A stretch of 63,050 nt of DNA, counting the filler, from Reclinomonas americana ATCC 50394 (Eukaryota): the NCBI GenBank assembly GCA_048213135.1. It is 19 parts of 19 records of this genome, joined end to end, with 100 filler letters (N's around TTAATTAATTAA, not from the genome) between each part and the next. Parts side by side here need not be neighbours in the genome. Positions count along the whole stretch, not along the records: positions 5,010 to 11,943 come from AFZH01017604.1; positions 12,044 to 17,022 come from AFZH01017605.1; positions 17,123 to 18,392 come from AFZH01017607.1; positions 18,493 to 21,530 come from AFZH01017608.1; positions 21,631 to 24,584 come from AFZH01017609.1; 14 more parts are not named here. The stretch is one strand, 5' to 3'. The translations under genes and the position numbers were made by a program. Below are positions 10,784 through 23,227 of this stretch, piece by piece. Within the stretch, counting starts at the first letter, position 1. Every line of letters begins with the position of its first letter. The notes beneath the pieces were generated by a model. That model did no database searches. It was not told the origin of the DNA and worked only from the letters and a program-made list of their open reading frames with translations.

Positions 10784-12613
10784 TTATTCATCGTCACCGG
10801 TCATGTTGTGCGACTCGAGTACCTCGCACTCTCCGACTTCGCGAGGATTGAAGGCTATTCTGAAAAACATGCCATCTGCACCGGCCACTACAGAGAGAAG
10901 GAGGATGAGAGGACGCACAAGGCACAGGTCACGCAGGGGAAGGAGCTACGAAACACATGATGGTGTGCTGGTCGGGCCCAAACGCGCAAATGGTGGGGTT
11001 GTCCTCGATGCCCTTGTGCTGTGCGAAGCTCCACTCGGACTTGAAGTAGCCTTGGAAGCCCGAGAAGAAGGACATTCTGCCGACGAGTGCTGCGCGTGAG
11101 AGGAGAACATTCTCCCAGAGCAGATGCAAGCGCGGGGTAATATACGCACTTGGACTTGGTGTTGGCGGCCGCCACCTCCTTTACCTCTCGATTGGCCGCA
11201 TTGATTGTGGCCCTGCAAGTGTAACGTGTGAGTGGTGATTCAACGGAAAAATCCATCAAGTTCCACGCAACTCATTCGATGCAAACACATGCGTGGTGCC
11301 TGACGAACTCGTGCAGCAAAAGTATCGCGTGTCCGCAGAGAAGGCACTGTACACACACACCATCAATACGCGGAAGACAATTTTTTGGATATACAGAGGG
11401 CGAAAACGCAACATGCAGTAGATGATGGCTGACTCGGCACCTCGTCGGACCTCCTGCAACTTGGTGGCACTGTGCGTGTCAAAGATGCGAATCAGCGTGC
11501 CCTTCTCCGAGGCCGTGGCCAACCGCGTTCCGTCCAGAGTGAGCGCCATGCAGGCCAGAGCGGACTCGTGTGCGCTGACAAATGTCTGCTGCCGCGTGGC
11601 CAGGTGCTCAATGTGCACCAGACCCGGCTCGGTGCCAGGAATGGCCAGTGTGCGTGTCGACGCGCCGGGGGAGACGGCGACCAGGCCACGTGGGCTGCGT
11701 GGCGTCGGTAAGTGTGGGCAGAAAGACGGGGGGAGGGAGGGGGGATGGGGGAGAGGGAGAGGGAGAGGGAGAGAGAAGAGAGAGGAATAGGGGGAGAGAG
11801 GGGGAGAGAGATTGAGAGCGAGAGAGAGGGGGGAGAGACTGAGAGAGGGAGAGAAAGAGAGAGGGGGAGAGACTGAGAGCGAGAGAGAGGGGGAGAGACT
11901 GAGAGCGAGAGAGAGGGGAGAGACTGAGAGAGGGAGAGAAGAGNNNNNNNNNNNNNNNNNNNNNNNNNNNNNNNNNNNNNNNNNNNNTTAATTAATTAAN
12001 NNNNNNNNNNNNNNNNNNNNNNNNNNNNNNNNNNNNNNNNNNNGAGAGAGAGAGAGAGTACAACAAGCATTTGTTGTCATTCTCCTTCTTGCTGTCCTCC
12101 CCGCGAGAGAGGAGAGAGTGACAGTGCTGTCTCTTGCTCTTCAACTCTTCCCTATTCACCCTCTCTCTCTCCCTTCCCTTTCACTTTCCCTCTCCCTTTC
12201 CCTCCCTCTCCCCTTTCGGCCTCCGAGCAACTCACCGCCATCCCATCTCTTCTGACCAACGCCAACACATTGGAGCGAAAGAGCATCTCCACACCACCAA
12301 GGTTGGGAGAATCCCGCGTGAAAATGTCCTTGAAAGGGGTCGTGTTGGCAATCTGACAAGATGATCGAGATGATGAGCGACTGACAGTTGAATTGTGTGA
12401 GAATCAGAGTGAGACCTTGAAGCCTGACTTTTGCGCAATGGCCACGCATGACGCATCCTGTGTGTGTGTGAGAGAGAGAGAGACGAGGAGAGTGAGTGTG
12501 TGTTTCTTTGTGAGAGGATTTCTTCCTCACTCTCTTTCAATACGCACTTGATTCCAGGCGAGTGACGTGATCGCAGACTCGCGGTCTTCTCGCGCACTCA
12601 GACGCAGTGACAT
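10784..12613 (-). CDS. ATG18: PROPPIN / ATG18-family protein, WIPI3/4 (WDR45-like); multi-exon, spans the gap at 11944-12043
   Basis: Spliced motifs: ITSLAWNQ-DASCVA, VEMLFRSNVLALV, AHESALACMALTLDGTRLATASEKGTLIRIFDT, QEVRRGA (L/FRRG lipid-binding motif), YFKSEWSFA. Stop TAA at 10784-10786. Confidence 0.9.
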
Positions 12614-14049
12614 TGGGAGGGGTGTGTGTGTGAGGTGCGCGCGATCGAGAGACAAAGGCAAGGCAGGACAGCACAGGACACGCTCTTTCTCATTCTTCCT
12701 CTCCGCTGCGTGAGGTGGAGCGTGCATCTGTGGACGCAAGGATACGCACAAAGCTTTTTCTGTGTGTGTGATCTTTTCGATTGACACACCTCATGGACGC
12801 GATCTCAATGGGTGGGTGCGCAGTGTGCATCACATCTGTTCCTTTTCTGATTGACACACTCCTTCACAGACGCTGTGCGTGCACAAGCGCAGGCCGCGCA
12901 AGCAACTGCCGCTCTTGTGAAAAGTAACAGTGCGAGGTTGGTTGAAGCCGTCGCCCGATCTCGTCGTGCAGCTGGTATATATGTGCATGTGAGGTTGTGA
13001 GACATACGCGTACGCACGCAGTCGTTGAGCAGCGTGCGTTTTCCCGCAGCACTCGCCGGAGAACGCATGACCAAGGCCGCCTGTGACCACGGAGCGACTG
13101 ACTCATGATCACCAGCTGTACAAGAGGCCTCCCGTGTCGGTGAGTCTGTTGGTGATGTTGATGGCCATAGGATTCGCACGTCTCCACCTCTGCTGCTCCG
13201 ACGATGCTCTCTCTTTTCTCTGTCTGTTCGTTCATATTGTGCATGGTGTCTGTTTCACGCCTCCGCCGGTCAAGCGTTGATGGTGTAGGCTCGAGCTCAA
13301 GTGGGATCGTGCACAGACCACGTCGCCGGAGAGGACACGCCAAACGATGTACAAGTGCTGCGTGTCGATTCTGCGCTCGGGCCGTGCGATGTATTCGTGT
13401 TGTGGACGAGGAGACGCGAATCAAGCTCGCAGTTACGTTGCTACAGCAGTGTCTGCTGGTGATTAGCACGCTGCACACCACTTCCACGTACGCCAGTACG
13501 ACGGAACCAACGTCGGTTGCTGACATCGTTGTGCCACGTGCGTAGCATTCTACAGGTGTTGGTCTCCCGGAAAGATGGTTTTCTCTGTAAATATTTGTGC
13601 AAACTAGTCTCATCGGCGCTTGTCTGGTTCTCGTGGATAGTATGGCAAGAGAAGTAGTTGCTCAGCATTGGGATTGTGAGCAAAGAAACGAGGGCACTCG
13701 AGAACTGCAGCTGTTCCCGATTGAACACGAGGCGTGTTCGTTCCGCTGTCGGAGGTGAGAGCTTCTTATTCTCTCCCTCGTGAAACTCTCTCCTTACTAT
13801 CTTTCTGCAGCTCCCTTCCGATATCGATCAGCACCATGCGCACAACGAGCTGCAGCTTGCGCTGGCGCTTGCGCATGCATTGACCGATCGCGATATCGAG
13901 TCAATTGCAACTTGATATCGATCACAGCACAAGCTACATCGATGACCAGCCTGCATCCCTCACTCACCACATCACACTCTGCACAGCCCATCTGCATTTC
14001 CAGACTTGTCCCCTCTGTCCATTGCTATTTCTCGCTTTTTTTTCCAGTC

Positions 14050-14342
14050 ATGAGTCTTGAGCGTTCCTTCCGCGCTCCCTCGGCCGCTGCTGGTGTTGAC
14101 CAATCGCGCATTGTGCAATTCCGCGTGTTCCACTGGAATGTGCTGGCGGATGGACTGGCGCAGCACGGAGACTTTGTGAAGGCATACAGTCTCTCTGTCT
14201 CTTCTCTCTTGCTCTTCTCAGTGAATGACTTTCTCTCTCTGTGTTTGTGTAGACTCCTGCGGAGCTGCTGGAGTGGGGCTATCGTGAGCCGCTCATCATT
14301 CAAGAGCTGGCAGCTGTGCATGCAGGTGGGGATTGATGAAAA

Positions 14343-14403
<61 letters not shown>

Positions 14404-16270
14404 GAAGTGGCGTAACAGAGAGAGAGAGAGAAGCAAGAGACGATCCACAGTCCCGCAGAGAGAGAGAGAGAGAGAGAGATGCATGTCTGCAGTGCTGCAC
14501 TCGTCCATGCAGAATGCTGTGCGGTCTGCAGGCACGCAATGAAAGAGGAAGGGAAGAGAAGAGACATAAGTGAGAGCTCAACGACAGGCGGACAAGCCAG
14601 TCTCGTTGGACCTCCGTTCTCTCTCACGTCTACTTCCTCGACCATGCAATCTGCTCATGTTTGACAGTCTCCTTCGTCCACCTTGCCGTGCTGCACTCGT
14701 TCCTCTCAAGCACTCTCTCTTCCTCGGGAAAAGACTGAGTGTCTGTTCTCATCTAGGCAAACACGCAGAGCGATGCACATTCACGAGTCTCTATACTTGA
14801 CAAGTCGTCATGCCACTCATGACTCTTTCCCCCTTCCCGCAGACCTCGTGGGTCTCCACGAGATGAACCACGTGGGCGAGGGCGAAGGCATTCCCAACTA
14901 CATGGCGCACCACGGGTACGCCGGTCATTACATTGCGAAGGATCCGTCGCCGTGCACCGGCATGGGTTTCCCCGTTGCGTCTGCGTTCCCTCTTATTTTG
15001 TCTTCTCCCTCCAACACTCGTCCATGTGCCCACAGGCCGATGGCAGCGCGCTGTATGCGCGCGAGGAGCGCTTCCGAATCGTGTCACATCGGCTGATCGA
15101 GTTGACGAATCCCGACGGCAGTCCCGCGTCACAACGGGCCGTGGGCGTGGTGGTGCAGGAGACGCACTCGGGCGCGCACGTGTGCTTTGTGGCGGCGCAC
15201 TTGAAGGCAAAGAAGAGTGAGGAGAATGATCTCGTTCGCAAGCACCAGGCTGGCGAGGTGGTGCATGTGGCGCGTGAGATGGCCGCCACTGTGGGTCCCG
15301 ACTGCGCGGTGATTGTGGCCGGCGATTTCAACGGGCCGCCGACGAGTCCGCTGTACCAGGTGATGCTGGACGGCGGGTTTATCAGTGCCTACAACACGGC
15401 GACGGAAAAGAGGGATCCGGCAGGTGAGATGGTGGGGGGAGGGGAGGGGTGGAAGGGAAGGGAGGATAAGATCTCTTGAATGATTTCATTTCCCCTTTTA
15501 TTTGGCGATCTCTAGTTCCACACATGATGAGCTCTCTGCTCTGCACCCGTTAGCGTGGACTCTGCGCCCTTGACTCTTGCACTCTTCGACCTTTTCCGCT
15601 CTCCGTTGAATGCATGGCAAGACGCTGGTCCCCTTACTTCGACCCTCATCTTCCCGCATTTCTTATCTCTTTTAATGCACGACAACATTTGGGCTATCAG
15701 CATGCGCTCTTGACCGTTGAGTGCCTGTTGGTCTCCTTGTGCCCTCCGCCCTGTACCTTTTACATTCTTCCCTCTTCTCTAATCTCTGCGCTTTTTTCCG
15801 ACGAGTGCATAGAGTACTTTGGTCCCTTGCCTTCTGCTTTTCGCCACTCCCATGACCCCTTTCCCTCAACCTTGACCGTTGAATTCAACGCAACACCGTG
15901 ACCTTACTTTGGCCGCTCCGTGACTCTTGCTCTCTTCACATTCAATCCCGAACCCGTGAATGTGTTACTGTTTCGCCCTCCACTCTCCACTTTCTTCCTC
16001 GACCTGCATGCTTCCCCTTGCACTTCACTCACCTCTACTTCCTCGTTTGTCTTCCCAGGAGAGCCATCCTACACCACGTGGAAGTTCCGCCCCACCGAAT
16101 CGCCCAAGCACGTGATTGACTACATTTGGTACGACCCGAAGCACCTGACCGTGGAGCGGTGTCTGTCGCTGCCCACGGAGGACGAGATTGGCGAGAACGG
16201 CCTGCCGAGTGCCATGTACCCGTCGGACCATCTGTCGCTCGGAGCCGATTTCTTGATGCACCTATATTGA
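14050..16270 (+). CDS. NOCT: Nocturnin-like EEP phosphatase (CCR4/nocturnin family), multi-exon
   Basis: WNVLADGL, LLEWGYR, DLVGLHE, DGSALY, HLKAK, AGDFN, EPSYTTWKFR, IDYIWY and YPSDH motifs in order. The first intron appears to be GC-AG (14182-14252). Confidence 0.88.
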
Positions 16271-16379
16271 GCCCTCAACGACCCACCTCTCTTTTGTGTC
16301 TACGTTTTTGATGCAGAGAATACATTGAAAGCACGAGTGACTCCGCGAGGCGCCCGCCCGCCCTGCATCCCTCGACTAA

Positions 16380-16871
16380 TCAGTGCTCGATAATCTCGTT
16401 GATCACAATCTCCTTGATCTGCTCGAGACAGTTCTCCAGCACATCGTTGACAACCACATGATCAAACAGGCCTGGCTCCGACGCCGCATCCATCTCGGCA
16501 TGCGCGTTTCGCAACCGCTTCTGAATGGCCTCCTCGGTCTCCGTGCCTCTGCACGACAAGGACGTGAGTGGAAAGGGAGAGATAAGGCTTGTCGCGTTCA
16601 TACACACCGCCCACGCAAACGCTTCTCCAGCTCCTCGCGCGATGGTGGCATCACAAAGAGGTACACGGGACTGAGGTGAGAGTTGCGAATCTGGCGCGCG
16701 CCTTGCACGTCAATGTCGAGGATGCAGATCTTGCCCTCGCTGGCCACCTTCTCCACGGCCTCCACGCTGGTGCCGTACAGGTTGCCGTGCACGTCGGCGT
16801 GCTCGAGGAACTTGCCCTGCGAGATCTCGTCCAGCATGGAGTCGCGGTTGGCAAAGTGGTAGTGGATGCCT
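16380..16871 (-). CDS. GUK1: Guanylate kinase (3' exons; 5' part missing at the gap)
   Basis: [69 protein letters not shown]. Confidence 0.95.
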
Positions 16872-17469
16872 GTGGAAGGGGAAGGGTGAGGAGAGGGTGA
16901 GGGGGAAGGGAGGGGGAAGGGAAGAAAGAGGAGAGGGAGGAGAGGGAGGAGAGGAGGAGAGGAGAGTAGAGGAGAGGGAGGAGAGGGAGGAGAGTAGAGG
17001 AGAGGAGATGGGAGGAGAAGGANNNNNNNNNNNNNNNNNNNNNNNNNNNNNNNNNNNNNNNNNNNNTTAATTAATTAANNNNNNNNNNNNNNNNNNNNNN
17101 NNNNNNNNNNNNNNNNNNNNNNGGAGGGTGAGAAGGGTGACATGATTTTGTGGCACTGGACACAAGGGAGAGAGAAATTGAAACGAGAGCACGGCATCCG
17201 CAGAGCAGCAGAAAGAAAAGTGGCAGACACAGGCTCAGTTGCAACAGTGAACAGGATACAGTGGATGAGACAGTTCACGTATAACGAACTGCTGACAAGA
17301 GTGCAAGGCCAATCCACTTGAGCGAGACGAACACACAGCACGCACAGGAGTGCAAGTCGTGACAATCACTTCGATCACACAACACAAATCACCGACAATC
17401 ACGGCAATCGCTCGTCTCGAAAGAGCAGCTCACTTGCGCACTGACACGATCAAAACAACCGCAGAAGGA

Positions 17470-18010
17470 ACAGAGCGCAACACAGCGAACGACTTCTACA
17501 CAACTCATTGCGCATTGACCGATCACGGCAACAGCTCATCATCACAACAGCCTCTCGTGAAAAGAGAAAGAGCGCAACACAGCGAATGACTCACTGATGC
17601 ACAGACTCGATCGCAACATCACAACAGCAGCTTGTGCAAAGGAAAGAGCGCAACACAGCGAATGACTCACTGGTCGATCACAACAGCCGCTTGTGTAAAG
17701 GAAAAGAGCGCAACGCAGCGAACGCCTGCCACGCACAGCTCACTAGCGCACGGACACGATCATCACAACAGCCTCTTGTGTACAGGGAAAGAGCGAACAC
17801 AGCGAATGACTTCTACACAACGCACTGGTGCACAGACTCGATCACGGCAACAGCTCATCACAACAGCCCTTGTGTAAAGGAGAGAGCGCAACACAGCGAA
17901 TGACTGACTGGTCGATCACAACAGCCTCTTGTGTAAAGGGAAAGAGCGCAACGCAGCGAATAACTCGCAACCCTCACTTGCGGATCACGGCAACCGATCA
18001 TCACAGCAGT
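17470..18010. repeat. Degenerate tandem repeat, about 7 units of 60-100 bp
   Basis: Conserved core ATCACAACAGCCTCTTGTGTAAAGG(G)AAAGAGCGCAACACAGCGAATGACT separated by variable but mutually related segments. Confidence 0.85.
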
Positions 18011-19263
18011 CACAGACACGAAGGGCGCACCCTCTCGCACACTCTCTCTCTCACACACACACATTCCCTCGAGTGATCACTCACTCATTCTGCCCCTCTT
18101 CCGTTCTCACACACTCACTCACTCACACACAACCATGACACACACACACATGAGAGCCGCTACACGGCATGTCACGCACTCTCCCTTCCCCCAACACACA
18201 CGCACACACACACACACACATTCACCCACACACAAACCTTGCGCTCCAACGCCTCACTGATCTCCTCTGCATTCAACTCCGCCGCCATTCACAACGCCCT
18301 TCTCTCACTCACTCGGAAAAAATCAAACTGCTGCAATTTCGTTCTCTCCTTTGCAATGCAGCGACGGCGGCGAGAGTGTTTTCTGTGGTGGTNNNNNNNN
18401 NNNNNNNNNNNNNNNNNNNNNNNNNNNNNNNNNNNNTTAATTAATTAANNNNNNNNNNNNNNNNNNNNNNNNNNNNNNNNNNNNNNNNNNNNGTGCAGCA
18501 GATTGCGTGTCTTCTCTCTCACTCCCTTTCTCTCCTCTCTCTCTCACACACACGCTCTTTCTCTCTCTCGCTCTCTGGTATGTGTGAGAGGGAGAGAGAG
18601 TGATATGCATGCAGATTGCATGTGTCCTCTCACTCACTCTCACTCTACATCTCTCACTCTCTCACTCTCTCCCTCTCTCACTCTCTCACTCTCTCCTCCT
18701 CTCTCTCTCTCCCCGGTTTGTGTGTTGGAGAGTGTGTGCGTGTGCTGAGCAAGTTGAATGCAAAGTGAGCCCAACGTTTCTTCGTTTTCTTTGTCATCAT
18801 GTGCTCACTGTCTCCTCTCCCTCTCTCTCGCACTCTCTTGTATGTGCGCGTCTTGTGGAGAGAGTGTGTGCGTGAGTGCATGTGTGTGCGAGAGAACGAG
18901 AGGAATCAGCGAAACTCTCTCTCTCTCTCATTCTTATCTTGTGTGTCTCTCTCCTCGCTCCTTCTCCCTCGGGCACAGTTGCTGTTGAGAGCGGCTGTGT
19001 ATAGCTGTAAAGTGTATGCGTGTGTGGTTGAGAAGAGAGACTCAGTCTGCAGAACGCAGGTCGACCTGTTTTCCGATCACTGTCTTCCTCTCCTTCTTCT
19101 TCTTCTCCCCCTTCCCCCATCCCTTCCTCCTCCCCTCTTTCCCATTTGCTCATCCCCCCTCTCCTGTTACCCCCTCCTCCTTCTCCTTCTCCCTCTCCTT
19201 CTCCCTCACACTCCTCCTCTTGCCACGTGTCAATTCACGCTATTTTTTCTCGCCTCCGACCAG

Positions 19264-21384
19264 GTGCACGGCCGCGGCATATGGTCCGTCGCGTGGCACC
19301 CCGGCGGCACCATGGTGGCCACTGCATCGCTCGATCGCACCGCCGCGGTGTGGTCGTCGGATGTGCATCGACCGGTGCGGCTGGCGCACTTGACGTCGCA
19401 CTCGGAGGGCGTGACCGACGTGACGTTCTCCAACGACGGCAAGATGCTGGGCACGGCGTCGCTGGACTTTACGGCGCGCGTTTACACGCTGGGTGCCATC
19501 AAGGGCGATCAGCTGGAGTTTAAGCGATTGCACACGTTGGAGGGACACGTGCAATCGTTGTACGGCATTACGTTTTCGCCGGATGGGCGCCGCGCGGCCA
19601 CGTCGTCGTTTGACGACACGGTGTGGGTGTGGGACATGAAAACGGGTGAGGAGCTCAGCGAGCCACTCTTCGGTCGTCACCGCGGCGATTTCAATCACTG
19701 CAAGTGGTCGCCCGACGGGCAGTACCTGGCGGGGCTGAACGACACGGGCGACGCGGTGATTTGGTCCACCAAGAAGCGCAAAGCGTACCCCATTGTGCGC
19801 ACGCTGCACAACGACAACGGTGGCATTTTTACGGCGGCGTGGAGTCCGGACTCGCGGTTCCTGGCCACGGCGTCGATGCACGAGGTGGTGCAGGTGTGGA
19901 ATGTGGCGGACAATGGCAGTGTGTACTCGATGGTGAGCGGAGAAGGTGCGCGGCCACGTGTGTGGCAAAGCAATGCTCAATTCCCTCTCTCTCTCTCTCA
20001 TCAGCTGGAAGGCCACATGAGCAACGTGGCCGACGTGTCGTGGAACAAGGCCTTCCCGCACCTCATCGCCACCTGCAGCTACGACGGCACTCTGCGCATA
20101 TGGGACGTGCACACCGCCAAGCAGCTGGCCATAATTGAGGATGGGAAGAAGCTGCACATCACAGCGTGTTCGTGGAGCCCGGACGGTCACCGGCTGGCGA
20201 CTGGTGACTCGGGTGGCGCACTGACGGTGTACTCGGTGCTGCCGGCCAAAGGTGAGAGAGACGGGGCGACGTTGCTGCTCTTGCTATCTGTTCCCTCACA
20301 CACATGTTTCTGGCCGCAGAGTTGCCGGCCAAGACCCCGGCCGCGACCGTGGTGCGACACATTGCGCAGACGTTTGACTGGAGCGACGAGGAGCGGGATG
20401 CTCTGCTCGACAAGATCACCGAGGCGGAGATTACGACGGCGGCGGAGTTGGAGTTGTCCATCAAACCGCGCGAGGACCCCAAAAAGAAAGACGACATCAA
20501 GCGCATCGTGCCGACCGAGCAGGAGCGCGAGGCTCTCGAGGACTTTTTCGTTCGTGTTTCGTTGTGGAAGGAGGCTGAGGAGGCGAAGCCGGGTAAGGGG
20601 GAGGGGGAAGGGAGGGGGAAGGGGAAAGGGGGAAGGGGGAGGTTTAAGGGGACAGGGGGAGGGGGAAGACTCTCGTTGCTGGGTGTGTTTCTGACGCTCG
20701 TTGTGTGTGCAGATGTCGTGGTCGGATTTTCGTCACCAAGGACGCGAACTGGTGAGTTGGGGTAAAAAGGGGAATTCGATGAGTAGATTTATGCAGTGCT
20801 AAAAGCGAAGGGTCTAGTTTGTTTGACGGGAAGTGGGAAGTGAGAATGAGAGAGAGTGCTCGTATGTATGAGCATATGTAAGACGAGTTGTGCGCTTTGA
20901 CATGTGGCAGATGTGGTTGCTGTTCGTCTCTATGATGGGGAAAACGCAAGAGACGCTTTGCCCGGTTTCTCAACCATAATTGGATTGGAGAGAGAGATGC
21001 TAGATGGTTGGAGTTCTTCTTCTGTGTGCCAGAATGGGTTGCTGCTCGTAGTCATGATGAGGATAGCCTACTGGGATAGCAAGAGACTGAGAGAGAGAGA
21101 ATGGGGCCGACGACATGCTTCGCCAATTGCATAGTTGGAGTTGAAGAGTAACGAAGGAGGGATAGAAGGAGAGAGAGCGAGAGAGAGAGAGAGAGAGTGT
21201 GTGTGTGTAACATGCAAGATGAGTTTGGAGTCCTTCTTCAGTGTGCCAGAAGGGGTTGCTGCTCGTAGTCTGATGAGGGAAACCTGCTGGGATAGCAAGA
21301 GACTGAGAGAGAGAATGGGGCCGACGACATGCTTTGTCCATTGCTCGACATAGTTGGAGTGGGAGCAAGTGAAGGAGGGATAGA

Positions 21385-21435
<51 letters not shown>

Positions 21436-21631
21436 GGGAGGAGAGAGAGGACGAAGACGTGGTACGGTACCGGACGAAGGGCGTAGTACGGTACGGTACA
21501 GCGACGTCCTTCCTTCCGTCCCGGTCGGACNNNNNNNNNNNNNNNNNNNNNNNNNNNNNNNNNNNNNNNNNNNNTTAATTAATTAANNNNNNNNNNNNNN
21601 NNNNNNNNNNNNNNNNNNNNNNNNNNNNNNT

Positions 21632-21723
<92 letters not shown>

Positions 21724-22552
21724 GAGAGAGAGAGACAGAGAGTGAGGGCGGGAGAGAGATGCAAGACGAGTTTGGAGTCCTTCTTCTGTGTACCAGTATG
21801 GGTTGCTGCTCGTAGCCATGATGATGGAATCCTGTTGGGTGAGACAGAGAGAGGGAGGGAGAGAAGAAGAAGAAGAAGAAGAAGAAGAAGAAGGAGAAGG
21901 AGGAGGAGGAGGAGTTGGTGTTGCCCACTACGAGATTTGCTCGGTTTCTCAACCATGATTGGAGTGAGAGAGCGATAACTCGAGGGACAGTGTGTGTGAG
22001 TGAGAGAGAGAGAGAGAAACGAGGAGTGGAATGAGTCAACGTGGGTTTGCTCGATTACTCGACATTCGGAACTCACCGAGTTCTTTCGCGCAGTCGGCAA
22101 GCGAGTGAGCATGACAGGTGCGTGGCGCACTGCTTTCTCAATATGCGTGTTTTCGTGTTGCTGACTGCATTTACTCTGCAGCCGCCGAGCGGCAAGTGCT
22201 GGGTCTCGACAAGGAGGACTACAAGGCATCTGAAGCAGTTCCAGGTAAGCGCGTGGTGTGGTTCCTTGGCACACTGCTCTCACGATTATCTCACTGGTGA
22301 TGCTAGCAGACAATGCAGCGGGTGTTGCAGAGGAACAGGTTTGTGTCGTCTTCGCGTTTCTGTCTATTCAAATGCGCTCCTCGTTCACCCTCGCCTCCTT
22401 GTTCTCTTCTTGTGCAGAACGCCGACGCGGCGCAACCAACCATTGTAGAAACGCCGCAGCCAGAGAAGCACGATGAGGTATGTTGTTGGCTTCGAATACT
22501 CGCCCTGTGCGGCACTTTCCTCAACTCTACCTTTCTTTCCCCACAGCTATGA
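19264..22552 (+). CDS. WD40 beta-propeller protein with a small helical (SAM-like?) domain and C-terminal HDEL; multi-exon, 5' end unresolved
   Basis: About 7 WD40 repeats (IWSVAWHPGG, LEGHVQSLYGITFSPDG, LEGHMSNVADVSW). Phase-consistent small exons downstream end ...IVETPQPEKHDE|L* (stop 22550-22552). Confidence 0.8.
20960..21970. repeat. Intronic degenerate direct repeats (3 copies, ~200-bp unit)
   Basis: TTGGAGT(T/C)CTTCTTC(T/A)GTGT(G/A)CCAG..GGGTTGCTGCTCGTAG recurs at ~21008, ~21225 and ~21772. Confidence 0.8.
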
Positions 22553-22620
22553 CCAGCGACAGCTCAAGTCACACAATGAACTCGTATTTTTCACTGCAAA
22601 AAACGCGAGGTGCGTCCTCA

Positions 22621-23194
22621 TCACAACACCAGGAGGTAGTGGTCGGGTGATTTGTCCGTCAGCTCGCCACACATGTCGACCAGCATGAGCCGTTTGACCT
22701 GCAGGGAATAGGGAAAGGCGACGAGTGAACAAGAGCATTCAGTCTCGAGCAAGTAGTGTGTGCACGTGAAGAAAAATAGGTAGTCGAAAAGAAGGCATGA
22801 AAGAGGACAAGAACGCAGAGTACGTGACATGTGAGAACGCACGACAAGAGAACAAGGGGAATGACAGAGAGAGAGAGAGAGGCATACGAAGGTTTGCCTG
22901 ATGGAATGACAGATGGTAGAGGGATTTAGAGGACCAAGCTTGCATATAGCTCTCCTGTCCGTTGTGCCCAGAACAAGGGAAATGACAGAGAGAGAGAGAG
23001 AGAAGCAGGTAGCTCTCCTCTCCCTTCTGCTCACAACCAGGGGAATGACAGCTGGTAGAGGGAGTGAGAGCAGCAAGCTTGCATATAGCTCTTCTGTCAC
23101 GCGAGCCCAGAACAAGGGGAATGAATGAGAGAGAGAGGGGGATAACCAGGCTTGCCTCCTGTATCTGGCGCCCAGAACAAGCGGAATGGCAGAT

Positions 23195-23227
<33 letters not shown>

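Noticed and set aside
12800..14000. Short overlapping ORFs between ATG18 and nocturnin
   Set aside because: No recognisable motif or consistent exon structure; treated as a divergent intergenic region.
17470..18010. CRISPR array
   Set aside because: The repeats are degenerate, the spacers vary in length and are related to each other, there are no cas genes, and the context is eukaryotic.
21450..21530. GTACG-rich odd sequence at a contig end
   Set aside because: Looks like low-quality read-end sequence next to a gap.
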